Assembly: GCA_002189035.1 (NCBI GenBank)
Contig: NEEC01000010.1
Span: forward strand, 3,483,450-3,547,449
Direction of reading: 5' to 3'
Length of the DNA: 64,000 nt
DNA from: Utricularia gibba
Lineage: Eukaryota; Plantae; Magnoliophyta
Every line of letters begins with the position of its first letter. The first letter of the stretch is position 1. The notes below the pieces were generated by a model. The model was given only the letters and a program-made list of their open reading frames with translations, had not been told where the DNA came from and searched no databases. This document shows positions 56,892 to 64,000 of this stretch, in pieces. Both the position numbers and the translations under genes were made by a program.

Positions 56892-57799
56892 ATGAACGAT
56901 CTTTTCTCTCATTCGTTTAAGAGGTACCATGAGGATGACCTTGAAGCCGCCGGAAACGCCGGTCGGACGGAGGGGTTAACCTGGATAAATTCTTTGACGA
57001 GGTGGAGAGCGTGAAGCAGGATATGTCGGATGTAGAGAAGCTCTATAGGCGTCTCCAGGAATCAAATGAGCAATGCAAAACTGCGCACAGCGCCAAAACA
57101 ATGAAGGATGTACGAAGTCGGATGGACAGCGATGTTACTCAGATCCTGAAACGAGTGAAAATCATCAAAGGAAAGCTGGAGGCGCTTGAGAAGTCGAATG
57201 CCACAAATCGTAAAGTCCCTGGGTGTGGCCCTGGATCCTCCGCCGACAGGACCCGGAGCTCTGTTGTCTCTGGCCTTGGAAAGAAGCTCAAAGACCTGAT
57301 GGATGGGTTTCAGAGCCTCCGGTGTAAGATGAATGCCGAGTACAAGGAGACGGTGGCGCGCCGGTACTTTACCATAACTGGAGAGAAGCCCGACGATGAG
57401 ACGGTGGAGAACATGATATCCAGCGGCGAGAGCGAGACGTTTCTGCAGAAGGCGATTCAGGAGCAAGGCAGGGGCCAGATTCTTGACACCATATCCGAGA
57501 TTCAGGAACGACACGACGCCGTCAAGGAGATAGAAAAGAATCTCATCGAGCTGCACCAGATTTTCCTCGACATGGCAGCGCTCGTGGAGGCCCAAGGCCA
57601 GCAGTTGAAGGACATCGAGAGCCACGTCGCCCACGCCAGCTCCTTCGTCCGAAGAGGAACAGAGCATCTTCAGGAAGCCAGGGAGTACCAAAAAAGCTCC
57701 AGAAAGTGGAGCTACATCGCCTTCTTACTCGTCATCGCCCTCATAGTCCTCCTCACTTTCCCTATTTGGTCCCATCTTTTGCTAACTGCCATCATATGA
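56892..57799 (+). CDS. Qa-SNARE syntaxin SYP124/SYP125-like, intronless; 1-nt frameshift near the 5' end as sequenced
   Basis: [12 protein letters not shown] at 56892; [13 protein letters not shown] lies in the shifted frame; [26 protein letters not shown] motif [27 protein letters not shown]; C-terminal TM helix. Confidence 0.9.
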
Positions 57800-59414
57800 C
57801 TATTCATCTCCAAATCCACCCTCTCACTCTGGTACACGGATATTTCTTTCTCTCTTTGTTTGGGATATAAGAATTACTAAGCATTGCTCCTCCACCTGAT
57901 GGCTAATAACATTTAGTTTTTGTAAACTAGTAGTATAAATAATAATGAGGCGACACACTTTTAAGCTACAATGCGGCCGAGTGTAAAATAAGCTCCCGGC
58001 AGCAAGGGGGCAGGCAAATGTAACATCTAAAAGGATGGAAAACCCGTCAATCAAGTGTAGAAACTTGGCTGTGAAGCAAATAATACCAATTTTTTTATTT
58101 GTAACTGAACAACTCAGAAAAAAACCACGGGTCATCATGCATCCTTTCATTGATTGATATTTATTGTTACAAATGCGGCATAGAACCTGGGGTTGCATAG
58201 GATAGAAGGCATGAACTTTGAGATGGGATGGAAGGCTTGAAATCAAGGATGGCTTCGGAGAACGATGGATAGGTATCCACTATCAAGGGCAATAAGGACG
58301 CATGAACTGTAAAATAAGGCTACTCGGTCATTGAGTATAAAAAGGACACGATCAGCATTGAATGTAATAATATGGATACAGCATCGATGCAGATTGAAAG
58401 AAGGCAAACTCGGTGTGCATGTGACAATGCACAGTCGGCGAGGAAAACATAACGCTCAGTCATACTTGTTCTAGGTGCTAACAGGTTAATGTTATCCTCC
58501 TCATTTTTCTTCTTCTCTTCTCTCCCATTTTGCGAATTGCTTCCGTTTTACTCCGTTGATCTAGTAAATTTTTGGAATTCAATTGATTTTCCAGAATCTG
58601 TCGTAGGTTTGAAAAGGATGGGGCATACTCCCGATAACTCCTCTCCTCTAACTTGCCTCTAAACGATCCATCAATCTTTCCTAAAAAATGATCTTACTAT
58701 TTTTTATAATCATATAAACAATTACCCGTGCTAATCATCCGTCTTATTTGTCACCCCAGGCCCAAAGATTACTGTGTGTGTATATATAATTTTACGGGCC
58801 CCATATATGGATAATATAATAAAAGATAATGAATGCGAAGACACCGCTGTGGACCTTCTCAAAAAAAAAAAAAAAAAAGCTACAGCTCTAGACCTAATGG
58901 ACCCCTGCAGCATGAATACAATGTCCATTAAATCTCAACAGGCGTTCACATGCAAAAGCAAATGAAAGTGTGAATGTGAGCGGTTTTTTCCCTTTTAATT
59001 AAGCTTTACTACGCATCTCTACAACATTTGGATCACATGTCTCTGTCTCAAATTCATCGTGTAAAAATTGTTGTCAGAGGCCCTTGTTTTCAAACTACTC
59101 CTTTTGTGCCCGAGACTAAAAACTAGCATTTTCTAATGCAATTTGTTCTAGATTCACCCAAAACTTCCATTGCTTCAGAAGAAGAAACAGACTACGCATG
59201 CAAAACAAATCAATACATTCTATTCCACACGCCTCAAAAAGAACAAAAAAAAAAAGGTTCTCTCTCCCTTGGAAGGGGCAACATACAAAAACTCCCCCGT
59301 TTCACGCACACTTGGAGGAAGAGGGGGGTGCCTTCACTTCGCCTACAGTTTCAAGAGAACACAGCTCTACGTATTTTCATTAAATCATTCTGGCTTTCAT
59401 TTATCTTGTGAGAC

Positions 59415-60848
59415 CTATAAGAAATTGAGGCGAGAGGTGTAGGTGGCTTTTGGAGTCCATTCCCGTGGAATCACATTTCTCGCCGAAAGAGTTTTACCAG
59501 TGAGCATCGTCTTCACCTTCACCGAGAATGGCCCTTGCAGTGGTCCGGCTATGATGCACCAGGTTGCACCCCACACGTGGGTCATTTCTAACCATTGGTC
59601 GGAACTCCCCTGCATCATCGTACGTCAGAAGGATGCTTCAGTGACTTTACAAACCAAACCAACCGTCTACAGAAATGCAAAGGGAGTTGTTTCGTAATTG
59701 AACAGATCCATTTTCGTAATTTACAAAAGGGAATCATTCCAAAAATCCTCGTGTGTGTTCTTCCTAGGGTTGACCTTCTTTCCACCGTGATCAGAAACAA
59801 GAACTAAGCCACTGTATATTCTCCAGCCCGACATTTTTCAAACTGATCCTTGAAAAATAAGCATAATACACCAGCATCCAATTAAAAAAAAATTTAAAAA
59901 TAAACTAATAATCCATCTCAATTCGGAGGGGCATCCTAACAGTCAACAGGTAAGCAGTCAAGAGGTGTCTCAGTTAACCCGATTGTACAGACTATGCAAG
60001 ACATGAAAAGGTATCACACCTTAAATCACATTCGATTTTTTAAGGAACCAGAGCAACGGTGGATTTATGGCTAATGTTTTTGTCAAAAATAGTTACCTCT
60101 CTTATTTGCATTGAAGCTATGTCCCCGTCTCCATCCATAAATTCAACCAATAACGACAGCCAATAATTTGTCGACCCTTCGTTTATGTGAAATGCCATAT
60201 CTTTTCCCGGGTATTTGCACGGAGTCCTACACAGTTAAATCTCTATAAGTCACAAGATTACGGAAATCTATACTGGAAATGTGAAGCTGTGAGTGATGAT
60301 CCTTGGTATAAATAATTCTCAATTAAACAGATTTAAGTGGAATTTTTTTTATAAAAAAAACCGTCGCATACTGACGATAAAAGAGATCGATAGAATTAAA
60401 TCAGCAATTCGGTACATTACCTCCTATATATAACCGGGATGGCGCCACGGTTTCGGAGCTGAGCACCTTCTCCAGCGATGGCCATTCTTCCGAATGCAGC
60501 GCCGCTGAGATCAAAATGGGTATTTCCGCCGGAACAGTAACCTCCGGGGCACTCGTCGGTGACAATGATAGTTGCGGCTCTCCTTGAGCAAATCGAGTTG
60601 TCGAGGCACTTGACTTTGTAGCACGCGCCGCAACCTTGTCCGCCCTTGAACAGCACTGGACTCACCGCGCCGACACGGGCCCTAAAAGGTTTCACATGCA
60701 CCAAAGGCCCGTAACCGCACGCTCCACCGTCGCTGCCGTCCCCCTCCGCGGTTCCGTACCACGTGGCCGTGGCTGGATGCCAATACAGGTCAGCTGCTGC
60801 GGCGGAGCCCGTGAGGATGGATAGAATGAACACACAGTATGACTCCAT
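59415..60848 (-). CDS. Beta-expansin (EXPB3-like); 3 exons
   Basis: Signal peptide, ATWYG..GDGSDGGACGY, GCGACY, VTDECPG, HFDLSGAAFG; exon 2 TPCKYPGK...YWLSLLVEF; exon 3 WLEMTHVWGATW...PREWTPKATY. Confidence 0.95.
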
Positions 60849-60969
60849 GTGGTCAGGCGCAGGCGCGGTCCTCTCTTTGCTGAGGAGCGGAGAAATCGAG
60901 GTCTGCTGAGTGCGGAGCCGACAGTGGAGTGAAGCGCATTCGTCGAGACAAGGAGCGCAGGCAACTGAG

Positions 60970-60990
60970 ATGTATGTATGTATGTATATG
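60970..60990. repeat. (ATGT)n short microsatellite upstream of the EXPB gene
   Basis: ATGTATGTATGTATGTATATG read directly. Confidence 0.8.
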
Positions 60991-62254
60991 AAGTCAAGAG
61001 TGCACTGTGCACTCTTGCTTTGTTAAAGCCGTGATTGATTCTTTTCTTTTCCACGCTTCCCAATTATTTTCTTTCGTTTTCTTTCTGCTGTGTTTTTTCT
61101 TTTACCAGAGACAGTGTTACTGTTGTAAAATGATATAATGAAAATAATAGTAAAACGATTATAAGAGCTTCCGCAATTCTTTTCTATAGAGTGTTGTGAA
61201 TTTTGTGATAGTTATGGTGGCAGTTCTTGGAAGCGATATATAAATGAGTGGGGCCTAAGTAGCCGTTTAGGCGTTAAATTCACACGACAGCATCCCCGTC
61301 CTGACGGACTGCCAGATTTAATGCAATAACCTGATGACTCATTTTAATTTACCTAGCGGATTTTATGAGGCCATGGGAAAAGAATCTGTTCGGCTGCATC
61401 TCAGGGCCGGCTAAATAAATTTTTGTTTTTCATTATTTTTACTTCGTCTAGTTGTACACATACACTCATAAATGAAGTGATGTGTAAAATACATTTGAAT
61501 GAAATATAGAATAAAAAGTAGACAGAAAATCTAAAAGTTGCCTAGAGCTGTAAAAATTTGACTCCATCTAGGGTATTCTACCTACTCACCCATAACATTT
61601 ATGCTTATTCATTTGGTGTTTTTTAGATGGTCACGTGTAACCGAGTTCCAACACGATGCCCATGTTGACCCTTTAAACATAACAAACAACAAGGAAAAAA
61701 TGCGATACTCAAGGAATGGAACTGGCAGTGGCATATCAATAACAGGGGGCGGTTAGCATGAGCATTGGCGACAACCACATCTTTTCCCATCTAATCTAAG
61801 CATGCTACGAAGAAGATTAGCCACATGTCCGATTCCTGTAGTTTCGTATCTTGCCAAAAAAGGAAAATTTTCATTTATTTAGTCCTTCAATAGAAAATGA
61901 CAACATCATTTTGGAGGATCGGAAAACATTTCATTTCAGAAACTGAGGATCTTCCCTGGTAAATATCTATGCATGTCAACGTTACTGATGCATATCATAC
62001 GGTTCACAATTCTTCTGTGGGTGTCTGGAAGAGACAGAAAGAGCACGAATTGAAAATAATGAATGAAACATCTAATTGACGTTGTGTTTGTTGATCAGCA
62101 CGCAAATAGGACGCTGTTTCAGCCATTTGGATGATTGATTCGTTTCAAGATTGAGAATTATTACATTTCGAGCAGGAGTTTCTGTTTTCATCTCATTTAT
62201 CTGATTCCCGCTAAGAAGTTTGTGCTGTCCGAATGCAATGCAGGAAACTGGGCT

Positions 62255-62626
62255 ATGGCTTTGGGAAAAGAATCGAAGACAACCGATGACTTGGACACAT
62301 TGAAAACGCTGGCTCTCCCACACCTGAGGTTTGATATGAACAAAAACTCATCTGGCTCATCAAGCTCTGTTCCATCTTCGCCGATGCCCAAGAATTCGGA
62401 GAGCATCAAAAGATACAACTGTTTGTGCGCCCCAACAACCCATGCTGGCTCATTCAGATGTCGGTACCATCGGAACACCGGCCTCAAGCGCAGCAGCATG
62501 TCCGTCGGATCGAAGCTGTCTGAATTGGGCACAAGATCGAGCTTTATGTTCGATAATAACCCTCAAAGTCAGCTCATTGCCTCTCATGGACAAGGGCGCC
62601 AATCATCAGCTTATCTACTCACATAA
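62255..62626 (+). CDS. Small serine-rich protein with CLCAPTTHAGSFRCRYHR motif
   Basis: Motif typical of an uncharacterised plant family (CLCSPTTHPGSFRCR). Start uncertain (62255 or about 62336). Last intact-looking gene before the telomere. Confidence 0.78.
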   Translation: MALGKESKTTDDLDTLKTLALPHLRFDMNKNSSGSSSSVPSSPMPKNSESIKRYNCLCAPTTHAGSFRCRYHRNTGLKRSSMSVGSKLSELGTRSSFMFDNNPQSQLIASHGQGRQSSAYLLT

Positions 62627-63111
62627 TAAGCCTCTGCATTGCTTTTCGGCCAGGGGCACTTCTTTCTTTTGGTTATGCTTCGGTAAATAGGGAGGAAAAC
62701 ACGACGATATGCCTGCCAATGGACAACTCCAAAAATATTATCGTTTTCTTGTGTTACTTATCTTGAGAAAAAAAAAAGAATTCTATTATAATTTCATTTT
62801 CTGAATTTTCTACACCTACAGCAACAGCAGTGTTACTATTTTCTTTTCTTTTGCTTTCCGTGTTTTTATTTTGTGACATGGACATGAAATTAGGTACAAA
62901 AATTTGGATGGGTTTCGGTCCTCATTCCATCCCAGTGAAAACCATCTTATGAACACGTTTCTTTAAAATGTTGTTGCATAGCGCTTCCACTAGCTTGCTA
63001 GTCTTGGAATTGAGCTTTTGTACACATCACAAGATCTTCGTCTTGCGCTATTAATCACTAGCAAGCATCATCAATAGTTCAATTAGCTCATCTCCAGCCC
63101 ATTAAAACTAC

Positions 63112-63859
63112 ATGCAACAAGGCCATGACAATGCTTTCTATAACGATCTATTTTCTTCTCTTGTTTCCGACATCAAGTCGTATAACGGAAATTGCCCTCT
63201 CCTCCCTTGGGACCGGTATTCTTTTTATCGGACTTCGTAGCTTCTGTTGGTTAGGTTTGCCGTTGGAGTTTATGTTTCTTTGATTTGGCTTCCTCCTCAC
63301 GAATAGTGGGATCAAGAAGATGAAAGAGATGCTGCCCCCCTAGCTTCTGAACCAGAAACTTCTCAGAGATGTACTAAGGCTTTCCTCGCTGATAATCGTT
63401 ACTGTAATGATTTGCGTTACCTTCGTGTGTGGGTGCAATTGGTAATTTTTCTTTTCTGTGCTAGTCTGCTGTTGTGGTTTCGTAATCTTGGAGCTTATGT
63501 TTCTGTAATTGCAATCAATCAGCATCGCTCGCGGTTATTTTCTATTTCGCATCTCAAAAGAAATTTGGAATATGCCCTTCCGGGTATCTCATTTTCAATA
63601 TATCTGATTCAGAAAATGTGAGCTCTTGGCTCCTTGAAAAGACGCCTGTTACTGAAAGAGCCTCGGAAAGAGAATGCTTGCTATCTGATTTTCTTTTGTT
63701 GATGGATTTTGTTGATGATCCAAAAGAACTTTTGGCAAGAATGGAGCTGAATCACGTAGGGATGAGGAAGCCATTGTTTTACCAGGATTATGCACTCTAT
63801 TACGAAAAAACTGAAGAATCTTGATGCAGCAGAACGGATTTATAATTTGGGAATTCGAG
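63112..63859 (+). pseudogene. Decayed, telomere-truncated BUB1/MAD3-family (BMF3-like) spindle-checkpoint gene, N-terminal TPR region only
   Basis: Three exon remnants: FSSLVSDIKSYNGNCPLLPWDR / GIKKMKEMLPP*LLNQKL..QRCTKAF...YCNDLRYLRVWVQL / MDFVDDPKELL...LFYQDYALYYEK-LKNLDAAERIYNLGIR. In-frame TAG at 63341, frameshift near 63362, acceptor reads TG (63700-63701), extra A in 63805-63810. Confidence 0.85.
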
Positions 63860-64000
63860 TTTAGGGTTTAGGGTTTAGGGTTTAGGGGGTTTAGGGTTTA
63901 GGGTTCAGGGTTTCGGGTTTAGGGTTTAGGGTTCAGGGTTTAGGGTTTAGGGTTTAGGGTTTAGGGTTTAGGGTTTAGGGTTTAGGGTTTAGGGTTTAGG
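63860..64000 (+). repeat. Telomeric repeat array (TTTAGGG)n, about 20 units with a few variants
   Basis: G-rich strand runs 5'-3' to the end of the window. Variants TTCAGGG (twice), TTTCGGG (once) and one G-extended unit. Confidence 0.98.

Noticed and set aside
57062-57691. 209-aa antisense ORF
   Set aside because: It is the shadow of the GC-rich intronless syntaxin CDS and has no recognisable motifs.
61404-61541. Possible degenerate Tourist-like MITE
   Set aside because: Termini match only weakly and there is no TAA/TTA TSD.
63815-63832. AGAATCTTGATG resembling miR172
   Set aside because: Only a 12-nt match, inside the BUB1/MAD3 exon remnant, and no hairpin.

Overview
Distal 64 kb of a flowering-plant chromosome arm, ending in about 20 Arabidopsis-type (TTTAGGG)n telomere repeats at 63860-64000. 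The window is very compact: 25 protein-coding loci (about 1 per 2.6 kb) with mostly short introns and almost no subtelomeric repeat zone. Such density resembles miniature genomes like the Lentibulariaceae, but the species cannot be established from the sequence. Recognisable genes, in order: RLCK-VII kinase, NOC4, C3HC4 RING, TON2/FASS, XRN4, B4 Raf-like PB1 kinase, pectate lyase, organellar RRM, ILR3-like bHLH, DUF1995, TOR1/SPR2-like, PAP18-like, eIF1, GLK, FLOE1, triple-UBL protein, PEX22, DUF1218, SYP124/125, EXPB, plus several small conserved proteins of unknown function. Mobile DNA is limited to one 1.3-kb non-autonomous hAT element with a perfect 8-bp TSD and two short related Mutator-like MITEs. 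Main observations: (1) the telomere is joined directly onto a coding exon of a decayed BUB1/MAD3-family gene, consistent with terminal breakage and telomerase healing; (2) the Raf kinase has a 13-nt deletion removing the PWMA of the activation segment; (3) the TOR1/SPR2-like gene stops at a conserved Trp and lacks its C-terminal domain; (4) three single-base G/C homopolymer frameshifts (FLOE1 twice, SYP124 once) look like sequencing artefacts; (5) GC-AG introns occur in pairs in NOC4 and FLOE1. I found no convincing novel multi-gene system. Family calls are from motif recall, not database searches.
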